From positions 2,786 to 66,785 of the forward strand of contig JAKADL010000001.1 of NCBI GenBank assembly GCA_021820565.1: a stretch of DNA of 64,000 nt, in the 5' to 3' direction. Below are positions 22,192-30,346 of the stretch, one piece after another (position 1 is the stretch's first letter; each line of letters starts with the position of its first letter). Origin of the DNA: Thermoplasmata archaeon. Its GTDB lineage: Archaea > Thermoplasmatota > Thermoplasmata > Thermoplasmatales > Thermoplasmataceae. A program made the position numbers and the translations under genes. The notes beneath the pieces were generated by a model. That model worked only from the letters and a program-made list of their open reading frames with translations, was not told the origin of the DNA and made no database searches.

Positions 22192-23265
22192 TTAATCGTT
22201 GTTGAGATCACTGGACAGTAATTTAAGTGAATCAGATACAACATCAATTGCTTTATAAAAATCGCTGATGTCTATGACTTCATTCTGTGTATGGGAAAGC
22301 CTTGTATCTCCAGGTCCATAGGTTATAACCGGTATATGCCAGAAGTTCCCGAGAGTATTCATATCTCCCGATCCACTCTTGAATATGAGTTTCGGCGACA
22401 TGCCATTTTTCTTTATTGCCTCTTTGAAAGATTGCACAATAGGGCTTTTTATGTCCGATATATATGGCTCCGTTCTGTTTTCAATGTTATAGGAATAGTT
22501 TTTTATAAGTATATTTTCCATATCAGATTTTATTTCATTGACAATCTCATTTTCTGATATTGATTTGGGATATCTCAGATCAATGTACATGGAGGCATAT
22601 TCCGGGGTCATATTATCATATTCACCGCCAGTAAATTTGGTGATGCCCGCAGTTACTGAATTAAAATCCTTATTTTTCCCGTATTTAGATCTTATGGAAA
22701 ACCAGAGATCCATGAGTGAATCAATAGCATTTGTTTCCATCCATGATGAACTGGCGTGATGTGTTTCAGTTTTCTTATCGACCTTTAACAATATTCTGCC
22801 CTTGTATCCTGCGGTTATGTTCATGGCACCTCCAGGTTCACCGAATATAGCATAATCATAACCATGATAGTCTTCCATTATTTTATTAATGCCCTTACTG
22901 TCACTCTCCTCGCCTGATGCCGCAGATATGAGCAATTTGCCTCTGAAACCACTGTCAAGGGCTTTTTTTGCACCAAGAATCAATGCCAGCAGTGATGATT
23001 TGGCATCCACAGCACCTCTGCCATATATGAGGTTTCCCTCCCTCTTTACGGGAAGAATCCCTGGAACTGTGTCCTCATGCCCGCATATGAATACCGATGG
23101 CTTTCCCGTGCCGTTTACGGATATTACATTTAGCTGTTCATCTATTACGGGATCATGAAAGCCAAGATCGACCATGTAATCACGGATCAATTTAGCGATT
23201 TCACCTTCATCCCCGCTCGGTGAATAAGTATTCAGCATTTCTAGCAGCATATCCTCCGGATTCAT
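22192..23265 (-). CDS. lysK: [LysW]-lysine/[LysW]-ornithine hydrolase (M20)
   Basis: GHEDTVPG, GRGAVDAK, EESDSKG, GEP and YGPGD..LSHT motifs; last gene of the lys operon. Confidence 0.9.
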   Translation of the reverse strand: MNPEDMLLEMLNTYSPSGDEGEIAKLIRDYMVDLGFHDPVIDEQLNVISVNGTGKPSVFICGHEDTVPGILPVKREGNLIYGRGAVDAKSSLLALILGAKKALDSGFRGKLLISAASGEESDSKGINKIMEDYHGYDYAIFGEPGGAMNITAGYKGRILLKVDKKTETHHASSSWMETNAIDSLMDLWFSIRSKYGKNKDFNSVTAGITKFTGGEYDNMTPEYASMYIDLRYPKSISENEIVNEIKSDMENILIKNYSYNIENRTEPYISDIKSPIVQSFKEAIKKNGMSPKLIFKSGSGDMNTLGNFWHIPVITYGPGDTRLSHTQNEVIDISDFYKAIDVVSDSLKLLSSDLNND

Positions 23266-24110
23266 TTTTTGGCCTCTGAAATAAGGTATTCTGAAATATA
23301 GTCAGGTATGTTGATCCCTGTTACCGGAACTGTATTCTTGAATTCTGTGTTCCCATTGACCTCATTGACAAAAAATCCATCCTTTGATTCCAGGATGTCT
23401 ATTCCGTAGATACCTGAACCCAGCGCTTTATGAATCTTTTCCACAATATCCTCTATTTCTGAGGTAATTTTCAGTGGCTCAGCTCTACCCCCCAGGGCAG
23501 TATTTGTACGCCAGTCCTCCCCTGATCTATACCGGTAAATTCCTGCCACAGCACGGTCATCTACAAGGAATACCCGTAAATCACGGTTGAAATCATTGAT
23601 ATATTCCTGCGTATAATTTACCTGGTATATAGGATACATATATTCTTTATATTCCGAGACGTCCATTGCCGCATAATAATCGTTCAGAAGAGAAATCATC
23701 CTACCCCAGCTACCTGTAACAGGTTTGGTTACAGCCCTTCCGTTGAAATCTGTTTTAAAAGATTCCAGAAATTTTTCAGTTGAAAACGAAACGAAAGTCT
23801 TCGGAATTCTAATTCCCTGATGTGCTAGCAGAGTTGAGGTAAACATTTTGTTCCCGGTAATAATAGTAGAGTTAAAATCATTAAGTATTCTGTGGCCTGT
23901 AAATTCTACATATGCAGTAGAATGTACATTTCTATAATATCCGGTGCTCCTCTGCAATGATATGTCACCGAAGTCATAATTTGCCTTTTCCAGATTAAGG
24001 TTCATATCCTTTACATTGAGCAATTGCACATCGATATTTTTATCCTGCATGGATTTCAGGATTGCCTTTTCCTCCCAGCGCATAATATCCAGCAACATAG
24101 TAATTTTCAC
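23262..24110 (-). CDS. lysX: Alpha-aminoadipate--LysW ligase (RimK/ATP-grasp)
   Basis: RWEEK, KPVTGSWGR, DWRTNTALGG and EVNGNTEFKN motifs. Confidence 0.92.
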   Translation of the reverse strand: MKITMLLDIMRWEEKAILKSMQDKNIDVQLLNVKDMNLNLEKANYDFGDISLQRSTGYYRNVHSTAYVEFTGHRILNDFNSTIITGNKMFTSTLLAHQGIRIPKTFVSFSTEKFLESFKTDFNGRAVTKPVTGSWGRMISLLNDYYAAMDVSEYKEYMYPIYQVNYTQEYINDFNRDLRVFLVDDRAVAGIYRYRSGEDWRTNTALGGRAEPLKITSEIEDIVEKIHKALGSGIYGIDILESKDGFFVNEVNGNTEFKNTVPVTGINIPDYISEYLISEAKK

Positions 24111-25288
24111 GGTAAAACACCTTTCTCCGCGGATAGTATTACTTCAGACATGATGGCGGCGGCATCTTTAAGTTCTGAATCTGATATGACGTATGGAGGA
24201 AGCATCCTGATTATATTTATACCTGAATATAATGGAAGCACGCCTCTATTGATCATTTCCATCAATACCGGCAGGAATTTTATTCTTAGTTCAATTGCAT
24301 CCATCAAACCGAGGCCCCTTACTTCTTTGACTATTCTGGCATCCTCTATACCGGATCGTAATTCGTTTCTGAAAAGTTCTCCCTTTCTGGCAACACTTTC
24401 AATCATACCTCTGTCCAGCTGTTTGATTACTGCACTTCCCGCAGCCATTGCCAGAGGATTGCCACCGGTTGTAGAAGACTGCTCTCCTTTTGCCAGGTTA
24501 TCCATAAATTCAGGTTTTCCGGCAGTTATAGACAGTGGCATTCCACCACCGATACCCTTTCCTATTGTTATGATATCTGGTTTAATCCCGAAATTCTCAT
24601 GTGCCCACATCTTTCCTGTTCTTCCAAGACCTGACTGTATCTCGTCAGCAACAAGTATGATATTATTTTTTTCCGTTATATTTCTCAATTCTTTTACATA
24701 TTCCCTGGAGGGTATGTTTATTCCACCCTCACCCTGTACCGGTTCAAAAAATACCGCGGCTATGTCGGGGTCTTTCTCCAGTATATTTAAAGCTTCCATA
24801 TTGTTATATTCTATGAATTCAACGTTTTTCATCAGGAGTGAACCAAATGCCTTCCTGTATTTCTCGGAATAGGTAATTGAGAGTGCCCCGGCAGTTTTCC
24901 CATGGTACGAATTTGTCATAGCAATGATTTTGTGCTTTTTGGAAGATTTTATTACTGTTTTTATGGCTGCTTCCACGGCTTCTGCACCTATATTACCCAG
25001 ATAAAATTTATCCAGTCCGGATGGTACAATACCCGTAAGGTCCTTTATGAATTCTTCTCTGGCAGGTGTGTATTCAGATGCATGGGCTATTGATATGGTA
25101 TCAAATTGCTTGCACACGGCCTCTTTTATCTGAGTATTGCCGTAACCGAGAATGGCCACTCCATAACCGCCCATCATATCTATATAACGTTTGCCGTTAA
25201 TATCATGAAGTATGGCACCGCTGCCATTCAGGATATTAACGGGCAATCTCTGGTATGTATTTGCTATATGATCATTTTCATAATTCAT
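24107..25288 (-). CDS. lysJ: [LysW]-aminoadipate semialdehyde transaminase (class III PLP)
   Basis: EPVQGEGG, DEIQSGLGRTG, KGIGGG and TTGGNPLA motifs. Confidence 0.92.
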   Translation of the reverse strand: MNYENDHIANTYQRLPVNILNGSGAILHDINGKRYIDMMGGYGVAILGYGNTQIKEAVCKQFDTISIAHASEYTPAREEFIKDLTGIVPSGLDKFYLGNIGAEAVEAAIKTVIKSSKKHKIIAMTNSYHGKTAGALSITYSEKYRKAFGSLLMKNVEFIEYNNMEALNILEKDPDIAAVFFEPVQGEGGINIPSREYVKELRNITEKNNIILVADEIQSGLGRTGKMWAHENFGIKPDIITIGKGIGGGMPLSITAGKPEFMDNLAKGEQSSTTGGNPLAMAAGSAVIKQLDRGMIESVARKGELFRNELRSGIEDARIVKEVRGLGLMDAIELRIKFLPVLMEMINRGVLPLYSGINIIRMLPPYVISDSELKDAAAIMSEVILSAEKGVLP

Positions 25289-26526
25289 CTAACCACCCCA
25301 GAGGAGACCCCATCCATAAGGGTGGGGAGAAATCTGAACTTAAACTGCAATCCCTTTCCATATCTGACCATTTTAACTTTCTTTATATTTACATCCATTT
25401 TCTTATCACCATCTCTTATAACTACTCTCTTTCCATAATTATGAACCCCAGAAACATTCCATATGCTGTTATTATACTCTACAATATCACCGGGTTGCAT
25501 ACTGTATCTCTTTCTCCTTATGGAAGGCCTGAATCCTTTCCTGTTGAGCTGGGGGGTTCTGTTGTTCCGTCTTCTCTGGGATACGCCATACACTGGTGAT
25601 CTCACCTGTTTATTTCCACCAGCAATGACAAATGCATCATTTGCATGGCTCTTATCAATGCCATATAATATTCTGTTCTTCTTTGTCATATATCCGAAGC
25701 TATAATCTGCACCTGTTAGTTCTTTTAATTTCCATCTCACTGTATTCATAAATGCTGAATCCTTCAATGTATTCGATGCTTCATTTCTAACTTCTGGATG
25801 ACCAAATTCTTCAGCTGTGAGATTATTCTTCTTCTGGTTGCAGGAATGGCATGCTATTGCAAGATTATCAACTGTATTGCTTCCTCCCCTTGATTTTGGT
25901 GTTATATGCTCTATTTCAAGTGGTACATTCTCTTTTCCACAGTATGCACATTTCCTTTGGAATTTCTCTAATAAGTATTCCCTTATTTTGTATCCCATAA
26001 GCTCTCCATGCTGGTATTCTACCCCTGATATTTCAGGGTTCTTCATCTTATGGGTATCAAAGGAAGCTACCTCTATAACAACTCTGGATACAGGAATGAT
26101 ACTCTTTATTTTCTCTATTAGCCTTATATGTGTTTCCAGTTTATGATTAATACTCGGTGCAAACCATTCCCCTCCCTTTCTTCCCCTGTTAAGGAATCTT
26201 GGCTTTCTGTACCATAATTTATTTCTTCTTTTTCCACGGTACATGGACTTTTCGATATTTAGTTTCGGCATATCGATTCTTGCTGTTACTTCACCAAATA
26301 GAAGTTCTCTTTGAGCTGTTACGGCAGAGAATCCTATATGCTTATATCCTGAATCTATTCCCAGGATTACATCCTGAGTGTCACTCTCACACTGCCACAG
26401 TAGCTGAATAGTAAAAGGAGAATGCTGTACTATCTTCGCTTTATGTTCCTTTAAGAGATGCTTTGCCTTTGCAGGTTTGCAAGGCATTAATGGTTTTCCA
26501 TCCATGTTTAAAATAAATACCTGCAT
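25285..26526 (-). CDS. iscB: RNA-guided endonuclease IscB
   Basis: PLMP domain (GKPLMPC), PFTIQL, RuvC-I GIDSG, Arg-rich bridge helix, RuvC-II VIEVASFD, HNH (CAYC...EHITPKSRGGSN...NL..AC..CN), RuvC-III SHANDA. 413 aa from the ATG at 26526; the frame is open upstream to the ATG at 26718. Confidence 0.96.
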   Translation of the reverse strand: MQVFILNMDGKPLMPCKPAKAKHLLKEHKAKIVQHSPFTIQLLWQCESDTQDVILGIDSGYKHIGFSAVTAQRELLFGEVTARIDMPKLNIEKSMYRGKRRNKLWYRKPRFLNRGRKGGEWFAPSINHKLETHIRLIEKIKSIIPVSRVVIEVASFDTHKMKNPEISGVEYQHGELMGYKIREYLLEKFQRKCAYCGKENVPLEIEHITPKSRGGSNTVDNLAIACHSCNQKKNNLTAEEFGHPEVRNEASNTLKDSAFMNTVRWKLKELTGADYSFGYMTKKNRILYGIDKSHANDAFVIAGGNKQVRSPVYGVSQRRRNNRTPQLNRKGFRPSIRRKRYSMQPGDIVEYNNSIWNVSGVHNYGKRVVIRDGDKKMDVNIKKVKMVRYGKGLQFKFRFLPTLMDGVSSGVVR

Positions 26527-26797
26527 AACGGCTTTAAGCCCCCCTGCAGGTTGGGGTAAGTCCACATCGGGGTTGTTGGAAAGGGTTTTTAAATTCGGCA
26601 CACTGAGAGTTTCCTCTCTGTTTAATGACGAATCGCAGTTGCCCCAGACTTGTGGAGCATCTGTGGGCGTGTATGTATTTCTCCTTTCTAATTTCTGTTT
26701 ATTTTTTATGTTTGACATATCATTTAAACCCCCTAATCAACCAGTTGCCCTCAAACCTCACGGTTCGAGCCCCTTCCTTCCGGGAGGGGTGATTGAC
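25289..26797 (-). mobile_element. Non-autonomous IS200/IS605-superfamily IscB (OMEGA) element, ~1509 bp, no tnpA
   Basis: Minus strand begins GTCAATCA-CCCCTCCC-GGAA-GGAAGGGG and ends CCCCACCC-TTAT-GGATGGGG-TCTCCTCTGGGGTGGTTAG. The two subterminal hairpins are related. It contains omega-RNA plus iscB and separates lysZ from lysJ. Confidence 0.88.
26527..26797 (-). ncRNA. omega-RNA (HEARO-like) scaffold; predicted guide is the adjacent flank ~26798-26815
   Basis: 5' GTCAATCA pairs with TGGTTGAT. Hairpins CTCGAACC/GGTTTGAG, CCCACAGA/TCTGGGG and GAGAG-GAAA-CTCTC. Pseudoknot-compatible TCCACA (26656-26651) / TGTGGA (26566-26561). Lies directly upstream of iscB. Confidence 0.85.
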
Positions 26798-27551
26798 TAT
26801 AAATCACAGTTCCATTTTCCATATTCTGGAATGGGCTGGAAATTGTTACCTGTTTTACGCCCATCTCCAGGGCTTCTATGGAAGCCATTAGTTTTTTGTC
26901 CATTCCTGTTCCTATATATTTCAGAATGCTCCTTATATATGCAGTATCTGCCCGCTCAATTATCTTATCTTCATAGTAAAGCCCGTTTACATTGGTCAGG
27001 AACGTCAATGTGTCAGCTTTTATTGAACCTGCAACATAGGCTGCAGCCCTGTCAGCATCGACATTAAGATAACTGTCAGTGCCGTATGCTATTGGCGAGA
27101 TTACAGGAATATATCCTGCTTCCATTAAATTTCTGGTTGGAACCGGGTCTGCCGAATCTACTCTTCCTGTGTATCCACCGTCAATTACCATCTTTCTATT
27201 GTTTTCATTTAAAATTATCAATTTTTCTTTTCTCCTGGCCTTCATAATGCCATTAAGTGTAACCGCCTTTATACCATGCTGGAGGAGATTGAGAACTATC
27301 TTCTGGTTGATCAGGTTCATTACCATTGTGAATATTTCCAGTGTACCTTTATCGGTATACCTGCTTCGTATTCCGTCCGGTGATGTAACAAATCTTGGAT
27401 GGTAATTAAAAGAGTCTGCATGGCTATCAAGATAGTTGCCGCCACCGTGTACTATGGCAACTGGTTCATTCAATCCTTCAATAATGGTATAAAGATTGTC
27501 ATTTTCCAGGAATTTTTCCAGTATACTTCCACCTATTTTTATTACTTTCAT
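26751..27551 (-). CDS. lysZ: [LysW]-aminoadipate/[LysW]-glutamate kinase; C-terminus extended into the IscB element
   Basis: VIKIGGS, VHGGG, SRYTD, GGYTG, NVDADRAAA and GMDKKL motifs. The native end ...NGTVIY is followed by element-derived SQSPLPEGRGSNREV. Confidence 0.92.
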   Translation of the reverse strand: MKVIKIGGSILEKFLENDNLYTIIEGLNEPVAIVHGGGNYLDSHADSFNYHPRFVTSPDGIRSRYTDKGTLEIFTMVMNLINQKIVLNLLQHGIKAVTLNGIMKARRKEKLIILNENNRKMVIDGGYTGRVDSADPVPTRNLMEAGYIPVISPIAYGTDSYLNVDADRAAAYVAGSIKADTLTFLTNVNGLYYEDKIIERADTAYIRSILKYIGTGMDKKLMASIEALEMGVKQVTISSPFQNMENGTVIYSQSPLPEGRGSNREV

Positions 27552-27554
27552 AGT

Positions 27555-28601
27555 TCACACCGGGAATAAAGATGGGGCCATCAATGACTCGTATTCCGGG
27601 AAACCGTTCATGATATTCATGGATTGAACAGCATTTCCGGCAGCGCCTTTTATAAGATTGTCAATGGCTCCAAAGGAGACAATCCTTTTGACATATTTAT
27701 CAATAGCAAATCCAACGTCGATAAAGTTTGATCCGACAACTGTCTTGGGGTCAGGATATTTATAATTGCTTTTCCTGTCCATTATAAGCCTTACAAATCT
27801 CTCATTACCATAGAATTTTTTCAGCAATCCCCAGAGATAAATTTCCTCCTGTTCTGCATATATGCTTGAGGTTGTTAAGATACCCCTGACCATATTTACG
27901 GAATGTGCAGAAAGAGCGATTTTTACCTTTTTGCCGGAGGCATATTCCAGTTCCTGTTCGATCTCAGGGGTATGCCTGTGACCGAACGGTTTATATGCCC
28001 TTACAGACCCGAATCTTTCCGAGAATACCTTTGATTCATCCAGCCCAGATCCTGATCCTGAAGATCCGACTTTTGCATCCACATTTATGATATTACTGGT
28101 AATATCCAGTGAAAGGAAAGGTGCAATGCTATAAATGGATGAAGAGGCAATACACCCCGGTGTTGCTATGTACCTGGCATTTTTTATCTCTTCCCTGTGG
28201 AGCTCCGGCATCCCGTAAACAAATTTTTTGATTAAGTCCGGATATTTATGTTCATATCCGTACCATTGCCTGTACAGAGTATGATCTTTCAATCTGAAAT
28301 CTGCGCTCATATCTATAATTTTTACACCGGTTTCAACAAGTTCGGGAACATACTTGACAGAAGTACCGTGAGGAAGCGCAAGGAATATTAAATCTACCCT
28401 TCCTGCCATATCAAGCGGTGAAATAGCTTCAAATTTTAAATCCGTTAATCCGTAAAGGTCTGGATGCACTCTTGAAACCTTTTCTCCGGCATGACTTGTG
28501 GAGGAGACTGTCACAATTTCAACATCACTGTGACCCACAAGGAGCCTGAGCAATTCTCCCCCGACGTATCCGGATCCGCCCACAATACCTACTTTGAGCA
28601 A
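27555..28601 (-). CDS. lysY: [LysW]-aminoadipate-6-phosphate reductase (ArgC family)
   Basis: VGGSGYVGGE, ALPHG, DMSADFR, ATPGC, HRHTPEI and DNLIKGAAG motifs. Probable TTG start just after the lysW stop. Confidence 0.92.
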   Translation of the reverse strand: MLKVGIVGGSGYVGGELLRLLVGHSDVEIVTVSSTSHAGEKVSRVHPDLYGLTDLKFEAISPLDMAGRVDLIFLALPHGTSVKYVPELVETGVKIIDMSADFRLKDHTLYRQWYGYEHKYPDLIKKFVYGMPELHREEIKNARYIATPGCIASSSIYSIAPFLSLDITSNIINVDAKVGSSGSGSGLDESKVFSERFGSVRAYKPFGHRHTPEIEQELEYASGKKVKIALSAHSVNMVRGILTTSSIYAEQEEIYLWGLLKKFYGNERFVRLIMDRKSNYKYPDPKTVVGSNFIDVGFAIDKYVKRIVSFGAIDNLIKGAAGNAVQSMNIMNGFPEYESLMAPSLFPV

Positions 28602-28602
28602 C

Positions 28603-28776
28603 TTATTCTCCCCAGTCTTCACCTACATTTTCTGCAGGTTTGATTTCTACAGTTTCTCCATTGATGGAGGATATTTCATAGCTCATTCCGCATGATCCAC
28701 ATTCAATTAACTCCCCAACCATGGAATCATCTGGCACACTGATTTTTTCTCCACATATCTTACATTTTGTTTCCAT
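28603..28776 (-). CDS. lysW: Amino-group carrier protein LysW (not in ORF track)
   Basis: Manual translation METKCKICGEKISVPDDSMVGELIECGSCGMSYEISSINGETVEIKPAENVGEDWGE (57 aa): two CxxC and C-terminal EDWGE. SD GGGTGA upstream. Confidence 0.96.
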   Translation of the reverse strand: METKCKICGEKISVPDDSMVGELIECGSCGMSYEISSINGETVEIKPAENVGEDWGE

Positions 28777-28862
28777 TTTTATTCACCCTTTGTTGTGTTT
28801 TACAAACAAATAGAAATTATTTATTACTAATAAATATTTGTTTGTTATATTGTTATTTCTTA

Positions 28863-28960
28863 CATTTAAAGTTTTTTTTCGAACTTAAATGCAATTATTA
28901 CTTAATTGTATTATAGTATATAAAATATACGAATATTGTATTTTTAGTATGAATTTCGTA
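28863..28960 (-). promoter_or_regulatory. Putative lys operon promoter with Lrp/LysM-like operator candidates
   Basis: Minus-strand BRE-TATA CGAAAAAAAACTTTAAATG (28880-28862). Two 13-bp pseudo-palindromes, TACGAATATTGTA (28928-28940) and TATGAATTTCGTA (28948-28960), start 20 bp apart. Confidence 0.4.
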
Positions 28961-29091
28961 ATAATGGATTATAATACTGTACTGTATTTTATGTGCCCAG
29001 AATTCCATTACATAACAAAAATTGGTAAAATGCTTCTGAACTTTATAATTGCAAAAAATAATTAGAGATATAAAATAATCTTGATGTAAAA

Positions 29092-29448
29092 TTATTTCCT
29101 GAGATAAGAATCGGTTCCATTAATCCAGTCGGATCTGATCGGATTGAATATATCCACGTCTAATGTATCTTCCAGGGCAATCGCACTGTGCTTCACATTG
29201 GATGGAATTACCAGAACCTCTCCTTCCCCAACATCTATATCCTTGCCCTCCAGTGTTAGTCTGAGTTTTCCCTTCATAATCCATGTGACCTGCTCATTCT
29301 CATGGCTATGCTCCGGAACCACACTGCCTTTTTTTATATCCAGCTGTGCCACCATGACCCGATCCCCATAGATCATTCGCCTGACAAACGTATCTGATAA
29401 CTGTTCCCTTTTAACCTGATCCCAGCTATATTTTTTAATCTCTGCCAT
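29092..29448 (-). CDS. Cupin domain protein
   Basis: PEHSHENEQ and IPSNVKH cupin metal motifs. Confidence 0.9.
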   Translation of the reverse strand: MAEIKKYSWDQVKREQLSDTFVRRMIYGDRVMVAQLDIKKGSVVPEHSHENEQVTWIMKGKLRLTLEGKDIDVGEGEVLVIPSNVKHSAIALEDTLDVDIFNPIRSDWINGTDSYLRK

Positions 29449-29500
29449 GCTAATACAAGCCATAGTTGTTTATATATTTTGTCAAAATTACAATAAAAAT

Positions 29501-30286
29501 TTATATGGATTTAACAGCCCCACCATCTATCTGGATATTTGTACCGGTGATATATGAGGCCAGGGGAGAACAGAGAAATGCCACTAGGTTTCCTATTTCA
29601 TCCGGTTCCCCGAATCTACCCAGTGGTATCTCTGCCTTCAGATCGGCCTCAACTTCACTGATAGTTTTTCCGCTGGATTTTGATCTCTTTTCTATTATAT
29701 TTTTCAGGCGCTGGGTATAAAAATAACCCTGGGATATAGAATTTACGGTTATATTATATTTTCCAAGCTCAATGGAGAGCGTTTTACCCAGAGCCACAAC
29801 ACCAGACCTCAATGAATTGGAAATAGCAAAGTTTTCCAGTGGATTTTTGGTTGTCATTGATGTTATAAACACTATCCTCCCATTTCCGGATTTTATCATA
29901 TCCTCAGCACACATGCCGGCCATTCTTACTGTTGATTTCAGGATCATTTCTATGTTATAATCCCAGTCAGAATCGGTTAATTCCATGAAAGGGTCAACCC
30001 GTGGGTCTCCGTAATTCATCACCAGGAAGTCAACGTTTCCATATTTTTCATGTGCCAAATCTACAACCCTTACCAGATCATCTTTTTTGGAAAGGTCGGC
30101 CGATATTGCATTTATGTCCGAACCGGTTTCCTCTTTTATGGCCGTCTTAAGGGCCAGTATCTTTTCTTTATTCCTTGAAAAGGTTGTTATATTGGCGCCA
30201 TGTTTTGCCAGTACGGAAATTACGCCTTTACCTATGCCTGTACTACCTGCACATACAATCACATTCTTACCTTTAAGATCTTCCAT
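29501..30286 (-). CDS. SDR family oxidoreductase
   Basis: AGSTGIG, GRIVFITS, SNSLR (atypical replacement of YxxxK) and ASYITG..IQIDGG. Confidence 0.9.
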   Translation of the reverse strand: MEDLKGKNVIVCAGSTGIGKGVISVLAKHGANITTFSRNKEKILALKTAIKEETGSDINAISADLSKKDDLVRVVDLAHEKYGNVDFLVMNYGDPRVDPFMELTDSDWDYNIEMILKSTVRMAGMCAEDMIKSGNGRIVFITSMTTKNPLENFAISNSLRSGVVALGKTLSIELGKYNITVNSISQGYFYTQRLKNIIEKRSKSSGKTISEVEADLKAEIPLGRFGEPDEIGNLVAFLCSPLASYITGTNIQIDGGAVKSI

Positions 30287-30346
30287 ATAAATATAATGTA
30301 AAGATATAAATTAATATATCGAAAAATAAAATTAAATTACTGGAAC

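Noticed and set aside
25285..26718. Calling the HNH/RuvC protein Cas9, TnpB or a simple HNH endonuclease
   Set aside because: The PLMP N-terminus, small size, HNH inserted within a split RuvC and upstream structured RNA identify IscB.
25289..26797. GT...AG boundaries suggesting an intron or IStron
   Set aside because: Archaea lack spliceosomes, no group I intron core was recognised, and the ends are explained by IS200/IS605-type termini. RT-PCR would exclude RNA-level excision.
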